From the NCBI GenBank assembly GCA_050251875.1, contig JBFWMA010000005.1, forward strand, positions 1-64,000: a stretch of 64,000 nucleotides of DNA, read 5' to 3'. The notes under the pieces were generated by a model, which saw only the letters and a list, made by a program, of their open reading frames with translations, was not told the origin of the DNA and did not search any database. Source of the DNA: Deferribacterales bacterium. GTDB lineage: Bacteria > Chrysiogenota > Deferribacteres > Deferribacterales > Geovibrionaceae. Below, piece by piece: positions 19,365 to 28,471 of the stretch (the first letter of the stretch is position 1; every line of letters begins with the position of its first letter). The position numbers and the translations under genes were made by a program.

Positions 19365-20480
19365 CCTCAGGGCTCTGGTCTCTGTTTCGACCAGTTTTCT
19401 GAAGGCATCGTTGAAATCTACAGCGGACACGGTGAAAACGCCGTGTCCGTATACTATGGCGCTTCCGTGTTTTTCTATAGCCGCGGGAACAGTGTTCACC
19501 ATGGCTCTCTTGCCGTTGCCCACTTCTCCGGGCACTATCGGCACATCGCCCAGAAATCTTTCCCTGTCGCATGCGTAATGGCATCTGCCTCTGTTGGCGC
19601 ACTCCTCGGCGCACATCATAGACATTATCACGCTGAATCTGGGGTGGGCGTGGAGTATCACCCGGCTGTCCGTCAGCTCATATATCTTTTTGTGGGTCGC
19701 CAGCTCGCTGGAGGCGGTGAGTCCCTGACAGCTTGATTCGTCCACGGGACAGATGTCGGTTTCATGCTCCAGCTCGTCCAGACTGCTTCCGGTGCGGGAG
19801 ATGAATATCCTGTCATTATACAGGCATGAGATATTTCCGAAGAATGAATCCACCAGCCCCATGTCCACAGTGGCTTTGCCTGTCTGTGCCATGGCGGCTG
19901 TCACAGCTTCGTCTGATGTCATTATATCGGTCATCAGCTCCGGCTGCTGTATCTTCGGCATGAATTCTGTATATTGACTGATAAGCCTGCTTACCAGTTC
20001 TCTGTCATAGGGCTGTTTTAGGAGAGCTTTCTCTCCGGCATCCGAAAAGAATTTAACAAATCCTGAGAAACAGACAGAACAGAAATATATATAAGCCTGT
20101 TCAGCGCCGTACGGGGCGGATGTTACTATGCCTCTGCCTTTCACATAGACCGCTTTGCGTTTTTTCAGAAGCCAAGCCAGAGTCTGCGGGTTCAGTGAGT
20201 CTGTGACAGGAACAGTATGCAGAAAAGTTCTGGTTTCGGAATCGTTTGGGGAGAAATCGCCGTGCTCCGCCACTGAGTTCAGAGCGGAGAAAAAAGGCTC
20301 AGCCGGACGCCCGAAGAAGAGCAGAGGAGTCTTCAGCTCCCTCATAGTGTCTATGAGAGCACCGTCCGGGTTGATGCTTCCATCGAAGCCGGATTCACCG
20401 TCATTGAAAATATATACAGCATCGTAAGCCAGCTTACTGTCTTTTAATTTATTAAGGTATTTCGAGGTCAGGCTTCTCAT
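19302..20480 (-). CDS. Class II aldolase/adducin family protein (two-domain)
   Basis: FFGNIS, TASSELATH, ILHAHP, YGHGVF metal-ligand motifs in the C-half; degenerate aldolase-like N-half. Confidence 0.85.
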   Translation of the reverse strand: MRSLTSKYLNKLKDSKLAYDAVYIFNDGESGFDGSINPDGALIDTMRELKTPLLFFGRPAEPFFSALNSVAEHGDFSPNDSETRTFLHTVPVTDSLNPQTLAWLLKKRKAVYVKGRGIVTSAPYGAEQAYIYFCSVCFSGFVKFFSDAGEKALLKQPYDRELVSRLISQYTEFMPKIQQPELMTDIMTSDEAVTAAMAQTGKATVDMGLVDSFFGNISCLYNDRIFISRTGSSLDELEHETDICPVDESSCQGLTASSELATHKKIYELTDSRVILHAHPRFSVIMSMMCAEECANRGRCHYACDRERFLGDVPIVPGEVGNGKRAMVNTVPAAIEKHGSAIVYGHGVFTVSAVDFNDAFRKLVETETRALRLYHHLTCQPDADQIAFFDSF

Positions 20481-21997
20481 AGAAGACCTCTAAGTTTGTG
20501 ATATCTTTTCAGTTCTTTGTCGAAAGCGTTTCTGTCCAGAGGATTCTGACCGTTCGCGCCGTTTGTGAAAAACATATCAGGAAGAGCATCAGATGATGTT
20601 TCTATGCCCAGTTTTCTGATTATCTCTATTTCGTTCATCCAGATATTTTCGCCCGCCTCTGCCAGAGACGCTGATGAAAATTCTACTCCTGTCAGCTCTG
20701 TCAACGCCTTGGCGTATTCTTCCGCCGATACGGCGAACATCATGTATGAACAGGGGACGAGGCTGTCCAGAGCGGCTTTCACATTTTCTGATGTATAGTT
20801 CAGATACGCCTTGCCCTCGAAGGAATGTCTGTCTGTGGGGACAGGTTTTCTGAGGATTTCGTGGGTGTGCGCCATAGCGCTCATGTAATCAGCGCCGTTG
20901 GTGGCGGAGGCATAGCCCAGCGCCACGCCGCATGCTCCTCTGGGATCCAGTGATGGTATCTCCAGACCTTTCACGGAGAGTCCGTGACGGGATGTCTTCA
21001 GCTCTTTGTATCTGTTCAGATTCATCAGGAGCTCTTTCGGGTCGTCATCTCTTATATTTTTTCGGTAAAAGTCTATATTATGAGCGAGAGTTACGGCATC
21101 GTAACCTTTGCTGAAACATTCATAGAAAGATTCAGTATCGGCAAGCCCCACAGCGGAGAGAGCGGCGAAATCGTCATATTCCGGCAGTTTTTCTCCGTCT
21201 ATATTCTTTTTGCACCCCACACCGCAGGGAGCGCAGGTGTAGTGTATTACATCATGTCCGTTCAGAAAACTGTAGGCGTTCGCCCGTTCATCGGGGACAG
21301 ATCCGAAATAGTTATGGGGAAGCATCTTTCTGCTGTACGCCAGATCATACAGAGCGGCGGTGCCGAACCCGCATATACCCAGCCGTCCTGTGAGGGCTGG
21401 AGAGGCGTTTATCAGCCTTTCGATGTCTTCGTTGGCGGATAGAGGCGTCAGTAGGGATTCTTCCGGCAGTTTCACGCAGACGGACTCGATATTTTTCTGA
21501 GCCAGTGCATATCCGGTCGATCCTCTGTGAGAGTTGAACGAGCCGTCAGAAATTATTCCGGCGAAGGTCACACCCTCCCATGCGGAAGATCCGGGCGCCA
21601 CATATGAATATCCGCTGTCCGGCGCAGTGCCCAGCAGAACCCTGCTGTCTATGATTATTGATTTTCTCTCTTCGAGTTTTCCGGTGATAACCAAACCGTC
21701 ATATCCGGCATTTTTCAAAGAGAGAGAAAAATCGCCGCCGAAGTCTGAGCGGAACAGTCCGCCTGTATGCGGGGAGATATGCGCCACGGAACAGCGTCCG
21801 CTGCCGCTGATATCTGTACCTGCGAAAAAACCTGTGTGGAAAATTATCGGGTCGTCATTCAGAAACTGATTCAGGTAATAACCGCACATACCTCTTCCGC
21901 CGAAAAACTTTTCATAAACAGAGTCCTGTGTGGTGATTATCTCCGAGGTCTCGTCCGTCAGGTTTATCAGCAATGTCCGGTTATGTATGTGGTTCAT
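20477..21997 (-). CDS. Aldehyde:ferredoxin oxidoreductase family protein (short, divergent)
   Basis: GGRG, SPHTGG, GGDFSLSLKNAGYDGLVITGK, CAPCGVGC plus DSLVPC Fe-S ligands, KGLEIPSLDPRG. Confidence 0.88.
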   Translation of the reverse strand: MNHIHNRTLLINLTDETSEIITTQDSVYEKFFGGRGMCGYYLNQFLNDDPIIFHTGFFAGTDISGSGRCSVAHISPHTGGLFRSDFGGDFSLSLKNAGYDGLVITGKLEERKSIIIDSRVLLGTAPDSGYSYVAPGSSAWEGVTFAGIISDGSFNSHRGSTGYALAQKNIESVCVKLPEESLLTPLSANEDIERLINASPALTGRLGICGFGTAALYDLAYSRKMLPHNYFGSVPDERANAYSFLNGHDVIHYTCAPCGVGCKKNIDGEKLPEYDDFAALSAVGLADTESFYECFSKGYDAVTLAHNIDFYRKNIRDDDPKELLMNLNRYKELKTSRHGLSVKGLEIPSLDPRGACGVALGYASATNGADYMSAMAHTHEILRKPVPTDRHSFEGKAYLNYTSENVKAALDSLVPCSYMMFAVSAEEYAKALTELTGVEFSSASLAEAGENIWMNEIEIIRKLGIETSSDALPDMFFTNGANGQNPLDRNAFDKELKRYHKLRGLL

Positions 21998-23043
21998 TTT
22001 ATCAGTTCTGGCAGTGTTCTGTCGAATGGGGGATAGATAATTCCCTTCTCCGTGATGATGCCTGTAACCAGATAGTTAGGCGTCACATCAAAGGCGGGGT
22101 TCAGCACCTTTATATTCTCCGGCGCTGTCCTTTTCTCTCCGAAAAAGCAGACTTCGTCCGCCTCTCTCTGCTCTATCTCGATGTCTTTTCCCCAGGCTGT
22201 CTTCATATCCAGAGTGGATGAGGGGCAAGCCACATAAAAGGGAATAGCGTAATATTTTGCCAGAATAGCCACGCCCAGCGTGCCTATTTTGTTCGCAACG
22301 TCTCCGTTGGCGGCCACACGGTCTGTGCCGACTATAACAAGATTGATTTTTCCGGAAGCCATAACGCTCGCCGCCATGTCGTCACAGATAAGCGTAACGT
22401 CAAGCCCCGCGCGCTGAAGCTCCCATGATGTCAGTCTGGAGCCCTGACACAGCGGTCTGGTCTCGTCAGCGAAGACAGAGAATTTTACGCCGTCAGCGTG
22501 AGCCATATACATGGGTGCTGTGGCTGTCCCCAGATGGGATGTAGCCAGCGATCCGGCGTTGCAGTGCGTCAGCACGCCCGATCCGTTCTTTATCAGTGAT
22601 TTTCCGTGCCGTCCTATGCTCTTGCATATTTCGATATCTTCCTGATGTATGCTGACGGCTTCTTTTACCATTGTGTCGTATATTTCAGCCGAATCTTTGT
22701 GTGATCTTTTCAGAAGAGTGTTCACCACTCTCTTGATAGCCCAGCTCAGGTTGACTGCGGTGGGACGGGATGAGTTAAGAAACTCAGCGTCTTTTCTCAC
22801 CATTTCCTTGAAAAGATTAGGCGCCTCATCAATATATTTCTGAGCGCACACGCACAGACCATACGCTCCGGCTATCCCGATGGCGGGGGCGCCCCTGACT
22901 TCCAGCTTTTTGATAGCCAGATAGACGTCCTCTCTTGTGTGGAGTGTTTTTTCTGTATATTCATTAGGGAGTTTTGTTTGGTCTATGATTATCAGTTTTT
23001 CATTTTCCCACCTGAGAGTGGGGGGGAGAATATCAAAATTCAT
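21994..23043 (-). CDS. mtnA: S-methyl-5-thioribose-1-phosphate isomerase
   Basis: DQTKLP, VRGAPAIG, RPTAVNL, LTHCNAG, DETRP, ANKIGT, NPAFDVTP. Confidence 0.95.
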   Translation of the reverse strand: MNFDILPPTLRWENEKLIIIDQTKLPNEYTEKTLHTREDVYLAIKKLEVRGAPAIGIAGAYGLCVCAQKYIDEAPNLFKEMVRKDAEFLNSSRPTAVNLSWAIKRVVNTLLKRSHKDSAEIYDTMVKEAVSIHQEDIEICKSIGRHGKSLIKNGSGVLTHCNAGSLATSHLGTATAPMYMAHADGVKFSVFADETRPLCQGSRLTSWELQRAGLDVTLICDDMAASVMASGKINLVIVGTDRVAANGDVANKIGTLGVAILAKYYAIPFYVACPSSTLDMKTAWGKDIEIEQREADEVCFFGEKRTAPENIKVLNPAFDVTPNYLVTGIITEKGIIYPPFDRTLPELIK

Positions 23044-23503
23044 TGTGTCCCTCGCATCTGAGCAGAGCCCTCTTCATATCCAGCCCGCTGGAGAATCCGC
23101 CGATCCTGTGACCGGACGCCAGAACTCTGTGGCAGGGGATTACTATCAGAAATCTGTTCTTCGCCATAGCGTTTCCGACCGCTCTGGCGGCTTTCGGTCT
23201 TCCCGCCAGCTCCGCCAGATGGCTGTAGCTCACTGTCGTTCCGCAGGGGATCAGCGACAGCGCCTTGTATATCTCTTTCATGAATGGAGTCGCCCATGAC
23301 ATATCCAGATCATGAAACGCCTCTATCAGCATGGGCTGACAGCAGTGTCCGCCCAGATAGTCCTTGATGTATTTAAACTTTTCTATAACGGCGGAAGGTA
23401 TGCCGTCCGGGATCTGAGATGTGATCTCATACACTTTATCACCATCGAAAACGATGTAGAGGGTGTATCCGGAGGTGGTCTTCACACTGTCATAGAGTTT
23501 CAT
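23033..23503 (-). CDS. ogt: Methylated-DNA-protein-cysteine methyltransferase
   Basis: AARAVGNA, active site IPCHRV. Confidence 0.92.
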   Translation of the reverse strand: MKLYDSVKTTSGYTLYIVFDGDKVYEITSQIPDGIPSAVIEKFKYIKDYLGGHCCQPMLIEAFHDLDMSWATPFMKEIYKALSLIPCGTTVSYSHLAELAGRPKAARAVGNAMAKNRFLIVIPCHRVLASGHRIGGFSSGLDMKRALLRCEGHNEF

Positions 23504-24619
23504 TTATTCACCGTTGAGAAAATAAGTGTCCCAATCTTTCAGAACTGGGTCATATCCGTTTGCCCTAACCATAGCACAAAATTCTTCCACTGTCCTAGTG
23601 TCTTCCACCTGAAACTGCTTGCCGTCATGTTCTTTGGCATAGCCGCCCGGTTCGGTTTTTGATCCGGCGCTCATGTGTGTGACGCCCAGACGAAGGAGGT
23701 TGTCTCTGAATTCTCTTGTCTCACGGGTGGATACGTTTATGCCTATGTCGTGTTGAAACAGCCTGTGGGCGAGAATCATCTGGACATAGTTCAGGTCGTT
23801 TACAATCTCGTGGGGTTTGAAATTTCCGGATGCCTGTCTTATGCGTGGCAGAGACAGTGAGACGTGTGTTTTCCAGAAATTGCGCATGATGTAGTTAGAG
23901 TGCAGACCAAGAAAAAACTGATCTGTGCGGAACTCTTCCAGACCCATCAGAGCGCCCATGCCTATGGTGCGGAATCCCGCTGCGGCGCCTCTTTCCGGTC
24001 CGCCCAGACGCCATCCGAAATCACGTTTTTTGCCCGCCGGGTGTACTTCTGCGTATTTCTCTCTGTGGTAGGTCTCCTGAAACATGGTGAGTCCGTCTAC
24101 GCCGTTCTTATACATCAGCTCATAGTCTTCCTGCGACATGGGATATACCTCTATGCACACGGAAGAAAACTTGTCCTTCATAAGGTTTACTGAGTTGATG
24201 AGATAGTCTGTTCCGACTTTAGCCGGGAATTCGCCTGTAACCAGAAGCACATGACGGATGCCCATGTTGTGGATGATCTCCACCTCACGTTTTATCTGTT
24301 CGTCAGTGAGTATCACTCTGGGTATCTCGTTGTGGCGGTTGAACCCGCAGTAGATACATGAGTTGCTGCACTCGTTGGACAGATATATGGGAGCGTATAT
24401 TTTGATAGTTTTTCCGAATCTTTGCAGTGTTATGCGGTTCGCCTTCTGCGCCATCTCCTCCATGTAGCCTTCGGCAGCGGGGGAGAGCAGTGCGGCGAAA
24501 TCCTCTTCGCTCAGTTTTTCCTGACCCAGAGCGAACTCAACGTCTCTGGCGCTTCTGGAAAATATGAAGTCTCTGACCTCATTGAATTTATATTGATCGA
24601 GTATCTGTTCAAAGCTCAT
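23504..24619 (-). CDS. thiH: 2-iminoacetate synthase (radical SAM)
   Basis: YAPIYLSNECSNSCIYCGF, FQETYH, SAGSKTEPGGY; adjacent to thiG. Confidence 0.95.
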   Translation of the reverse strand: MSFEQILDQYKFNEVRDFIFSRSARDVEFALGQEKLSEEDFAALLSPAAEGYMEEMAQKANRITLQRFGKTIKIYAPIYLSNECSNSCIYCGFNRHNEIPRVILTDEQIKREVEIIHNMGIRHVLLVTGEFPAKVGTDYLINSVNLMKDKFSSVCIEVYPMSQEDYELMYKNGVDGLTMFQETYHREKYAEVHPAGKKRDFGWRLGGPERGAAAGFRTIGMGALMGLEEFRTDQFFLGLHSNYIMRNFWKTHVSLSLPRIRQASGNFKPHEIVNDLNYVQMILAHRLFQHDIGINVSTRETREFRDNLLRLGVTHMSAGSKTEPGGYAKEHDGKQFQVEDTRTVEEFCAMVRANGYDPVLKDWDTYFLNGE

Positions 24620-24620
24620 T

Positions 24621-25397
24621 TTAGTTCCTCAGAAATCCTGTCAGGGGGCTGGATGCCTCCGCTCTGTCACGGGTGCCGGGCATGCCTGCCGCTCTTGCGG
24701 TCACTGCGGCGTCCACCGCCAGTTTGAATGCCTGAGCCATTTTCACCGGGTCTTTCGCGGTGGCTATGGCAGTGTTCACCAGAACGCTGTCTGCGCCCAT
24801 CTCGATAGCCAGCGCCGCATGGCTGGGCGCGCCGATTCCTGCGTCCACCACCACGGGGATTTTTGCCTGCTCTATGATGATCTGAAGATTGTCTATGGTT
24901 TTGATACCTTTGTTGCTTCCGATGGGAGCGCCCAGAGGCATTACGGTCACTGTGCCTATCTCTTCCAGACGTTTGCACAGAACGGGATCGGCATTGATAT
25001 AGGGCAGAACCTTAAAGCCCTCTTTCACCAGAATCTGAGCCGCTTTGAATGTTTCGATAGGGTCGGGAAGCAGATAATAGGGATCTGGTGTGACCTCCAG
25101 CTTGACCCAGGGTTCGCATCCCGCCGCTCTGGCTATGCGTGCCAGTCTCACGGCTTCTTCGGCGTCTCTGGCGCCGGATGTGTTGGGAAGCAGAAGATAT
25201 TTTTTAGGATCTATCTGTTTCAGGATATCATCCTGAGGATTGTTTATGTCCACTCTGCGAAGCGCCACGGTGACAATCTCTGCCCCGCTGGCTTCCGCCG
25301 CGTCCGCCATAATTGTAGCGTTGGGAAATTTTCCTGTGCCCACCATGAGTCGGCTTCTGAACGTACGTCCATCGATCACAAGTTCATTTTTGAACAT
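24621..25397 (-). CDS. thiG: Thiazole synthase
   Basis: [39 protein letters not shown] 25397 after GGAG. Confidence 0.96.
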   Translation of the reverse strand: MFKNELVIDGRTFRSRLMVGTGKFPNATIMADAAEASGAEIVTVALRRVDINNPQDDILKQIDPKKYLLLPNTSGARDAEEAVRLARIARAAGCEPWVKLEVTPDPYYLLPDPIETFKAAQILVKEGFKVLPYINADPVLCKRLEEIGTVTVMPLGAPIGSNKGIKTIDNLQIIIEQAKIPVVVDAGIGAPSHAALAIEMGADSVLVNTAIATAKDPVKMAQAFKLAVDAAVTARAAGMPGTRDRAEASSPLTGFLRN

Positions 25398-25503
25398 GAC
25401 TATGCTCCGAATATTAAAAAGATTAGATTGTGATACCCGTGCCAAAGGATATCAGTTTGGGGTAGGCATGGTTATAATAATACTGATGCTCAAAATGTCA
25501 AAT

Positions 25504-25532
25504 AAAAAAGCCGGAGAATTAACTCCGGCTTT
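25504..25532 (-). terminator. Intrinsic terminator after tsf
   Basis: AAAAAAGCCGGAG-AATTAA-CTCCGGCTTT. Confidence 0.8.
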
Positions 25533-25577
25533 GTAATTTGCTTAGTGCGTTGAACGCAACGGAAATGGCACAGACCC

Positions 25578-26450
25578 TTAGTTCTTGATCTGTTTCATTA
25601 CCTCTTCCACAAAGTTCTCCTGCTTTTTTTCGATTCCTTCCCCCAGCTCAAAGCGGGTGTAGGAAACTATTTTTGCTCCTTTGGAAGCAAGCAGTTTCTC
25701 TATTGTGGTGTCGGGATCCTTAACGAAAGGCTGGCTTACGAGGCAAACTTCTTTAAGAAGTTTAGCTACCTGACCTTTTACGATGTTGGGGATCATGTTG
25801 TCGGGTTTACCCTGCTCTTTCAGCTTGGCTGCGAAGATCTCTTCCTCTTTTGCCACGAAATCTTTGTCGACAAATGAGGAATCAAGGTATTTGGGGTTGC
25901 TGGCGGCGATATGCAGGCAAAGGTCTTTTGCCAGAGCTTCGTCTCCGCCTTCCAGTTTAACGACAACGCCTATTTTTCCGGCGCCGTGGATGTATGTAGC
26001 CAGTGTGCCGCCTTCTACGCATACGAATCTTCTGAGGCTGAGTTTTTCGCCGATTTTCGCTGTCATAGTGTTCAGGTATTCCTCAACAGTTTCTCCGCCT
26101 TTTGTCTTAACAGACATGAAAGCATCGATGTCAGCGGGTTTTGAAGCGGCGATCAGCTCTGCCATTTCGCTGGCATAGCCTACGAATGTATCGTTTTTCG
26201 CTACGAAGTCGGTTTCTGAGTTTACTTCGAGGATTACGCCTATTTTGCCATCGCAGAAAGCTACAACGCTTCCTTCGGCGGCTATTCTGCCGGCTTTTTT
26301 AGCGGCGGCGGCGAGACCTTTTTTGCGGAGGAACTCAATGGCTTCCTCGAGATTGCCCTTGGACTCGTCCAGAGCTTTTTTACAGTCCATCATACCGGCT
26401 CCGGTTTTCTCACGGAGCTCTTTTACCAGTGCGGCTGAAACTTCTGCCAT
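25578..26450 (-). CDS. tsf: Elongation factor Ts
   Basis: VKELREKTGAGMMDCKKAL, EVNSETDFVA. Confidence 0.98.
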   Translation of the reverse strand: MAEVSAALVKELREKTGAGMMDCKKALDESKGNLEEAIEFLRKKGLAAAAKKAGRIAAEGSVVAFCDGKIGVILEVNSETDFVAKNDTFVGYASEMAELIAASKPADIDAFMSVKTKGGETVEEYLNTMTAKIGEKLSLRRFVCVEGGTLATYIHGAGKIGVVVKLEGGDEALAKDLCLHIAASNPKYLDSSFVDKDFVAKEEEIFAAKLKEQGKPDNMIPNIVKGQVAKLLKEVCLVSQPFVKDPDTTIEKLLASKGAKIVSYTRFELGEGIEKKQENFVEEVMKQIKN

Positions 26451-26454
26451 TATA

Positions 26455-27243
26455 TTACTCCTCTTCTGATTCTTCTTTGTCGACGGGTGCGTCAGCCATC
26501 AGCTGCTCAACGGGGATGTCCTCGCCTGCTTCTTCTGATTCGCCGAGGTTTTCCTCATCGAGTATCTGGCGTCCTTCAAGGATAGCGTCTGCTATGCGTC
26601 CGGCGATAAGCTGGCATGCGCGGATGGCGTCATCGTTACCGGGGATGGGCATGTCTACCTGATCGGGGTCGCAGTTTGTATCCACGATAGCGATGATCGG
26701 GATATCGAGTTTATGAGCTTCGGCTACAGCGTTCTGCTCCATTTTGATATCGATGATGAACATAACATCGGGGATGTTTGTCATATCTTTGATACCGCCG
26801 AGGTTTTTAGTAAGTTTATCAAGCTCTTTTCTGAGTTTTGACGCTTCTTTTTTGGTGTATTTATTGATGTAGCCTGTTTCAAACATCTCTTCCAGTTCTT
26901 TCAGACGGGCAACGCGTGTTTTGATTGTCTGGAAGTTAGTAAGAGTACCGCCGAGCCATCTTTCGTTCATATAGAAAGAGTTGCATTTTTCAGCGGCTTG
27001 TTTGATGGCTTCCTGTGCTTGTTTTTTTGTTCCTACGAAGAGGAAGTTGCTGCCGTTTCTGGCTGCGTCTCTGGCGAATTCATATGCTGTGTTGAAGCAC
27101 TGAACTGTCTTCTGAAGATCCAGAATGTAGATACCGTTTCTGGCGCCGAAGACATATTTGGACATTTTCGGGTTCCAGCGTTTTGTCTGGTGACCGAAGT
27201 GAACACCCGCCTCAAGCAGGCTTTTCATAGAAATATAGGACAT
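26455..27243 (-). CDS. rpsB: 30S ribosomal protein S2
   Basis: [36 protein letters not shown]; start MSYISMK at 27243. Confidence 0.98.
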   Translation of the reverse strand: MSYISMKSLLEAGVHFGHQTKRWNPKMSKYVFGARNGIYILDLQKTVQCFNTAYEFARDAARNGSNFLFVGTKKQAQEAIKQAAEKCNSFYMNERWLGGTLTNFQTIKTRVARLKELEEMFETGYINKYTKKEASKLRKELDKLTKNLGGIKDMTNIPDVMFIIDIKMEQNAVAEAHKLDIPIIAIVDTNCDPDQVDMPIPGNDDAIRACQLIAGRIADAILEGRQILDEENLGESEEAGEDIPVEQLMADAPVDKEESEEE

Positions 27244-27280
27244 TTGTTTCTCCCGAGGCTCCCGCCTCAATTTGTTATTC

Positions 27281-27352
27281 TTGCGCCCGCGTAAACAGCC
27301 ACCCGAAAGGATTTCAGGCACAAGGCTGTTTTGAACGCTTTTCGGGCGTGCA
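27281..27352 (-). promoter_or_regulatory. rpsB 5' leader (S2 autoregulatory / t44-like structure)
   Basis: Reverse strand pairs GCACGCCCG/CGGGCGC and AACAGCC/GGCTGTT with a GGGT next to the inner stem, upstream of rpsB. Confidence 0.55.
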
Positions 27353-27462
27353 AAATGGGTGTTATTTATATCAATAGATTTGCAAGAAATCAAGGTTTTT
27401 TTGATTTGAAAAATGAGCGAGTATATGTATTATTGTAATGCGCTAAAAAATAAGGTGAAATA

Positions 27463-28413
27463 ATGTTTCCGGTTTTGTTTAAAATAGGGTTTTTCGAGCT
27501 GAGGGTCTACAGCCTGATGTATATTCTGGCGCTTGTCATCGGAATGTATATGGTGAAGAGAAAAGCGGCTCTGCTGAACCTTTCCAAAGAAGCGATGGAG
27601 AACGCTGGCATCATCTGCTTTCTGGCGGGTATTCTGGGAGCCAGAATATATTATGTCATATTCCGCTGGGACTACTATCAGGGCAATTTTTTTGAGATGC
27701 TTGCGGTGTGGCACGGCGGGCTCGCCATCCACGGCGGCATTATCGGCGCTCTGGCGGGGCTGTATATCTTTTCCAGAGTGAAGAGATCGAGCCTGCTGGG
27801 AATGGCGGACGCTATGATCCCCTGGCTTCTTCTGGGGCAGGCTATCGGACGCATAGGAAATCTGGCGAACGGAGAGGCGCACGGCGTGCCCACGCTGACT
27901 CCGCCTTCAATAATATTCCGCATGAAAAACGAATTCGGCGAATTCTGGCATCAGGCGCTTTCGCAGGCGGGGCTGGAAAACGCATCGGAAAGCATATCCA
28001 AGCTGGCGCAGAAAGTGCCTTTCGATGTGGATTTCAACGGAAAGGTCTATACTCTGAAAGAATATTTTCCGTGGGGCATCAGTTTCGGAAAATATAAAAG
28101 CACACCCGCTTATTTCGATTTCGGGGCTCTTCCCGTGCACCCGACATTTATATATGAGATGATACTCAACTTCGCATGTTTTGTTCCATTATATATAATG
28201 TGGAAAAATGATAAGAATATCGGTCGGGGCGTCATAGTCGGCTGGTATCTTATTTTTTACGGATTCATCAGGGCTTTCGTCACCTTCTTCAGGGCGGACG
28301 ACCTGATGATAGGATATCTCAGAGCGCCTCACATGGTGAGCATATTTATGGTCGCCGTGGGCTTTCTGCTGGTGACGGGCAGGCTCGTGAGGAACAGCAG
28401 ACCCGCAATTTAG
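27463..28413 (+). CDS. lgt: Prolipoprotein diacylglyceryl transferase
   Basis: GARIYYV, WHGGLAIHGG, GQAIGRIGNLANGE, HPTFIYE. Confidence 0.93.
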   Translation: MFPVLFKIGFFELRVYSLMYILALVIGMYMVKRKAALLNLSKEAMENAGIICFLAGILGARIYYVIFRWDYYQGNFFEMLAVWHGGLAIHGGIIGALAGLYIFSRVKRSSLLGMADAMIPWLLLGQAIGRIGNLANGEAHGVPTLTPPSIIFRMKNEFGEFWHQALSQAGLENASESISKLAQKVPFDVDFNGKVYTLKEYFPWGISFGKYKSTPAYFDFGALPVHPTFIYEMILNFACFVPLYIMWKNDKNIGRGVIVGWYLIFYGFIRAFVTFFRADDLMIGYLRAPHMVSIFMVAVGFLLVTGRLVRNSRPAI

Positions 28414-28471
28414 CATGTAAACTGACTATTTTTGTGATAATCTTTTTTTAGAGTCATTTTAAGGGGGCGAT

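Noticed and set aside
25398..25503. TPP riboswitch or sigma54 promoter upstream of thiG
   Set aside because: No CTGAGA/ACCTG-type TPP core; the reverse-strand TTGGCAC lacks a GC at -12.
27244..27393. N-terminal extension of RpsB in the ORF track
   Set aside because: The region is the structured leader; homology and SD support the 27243 start.
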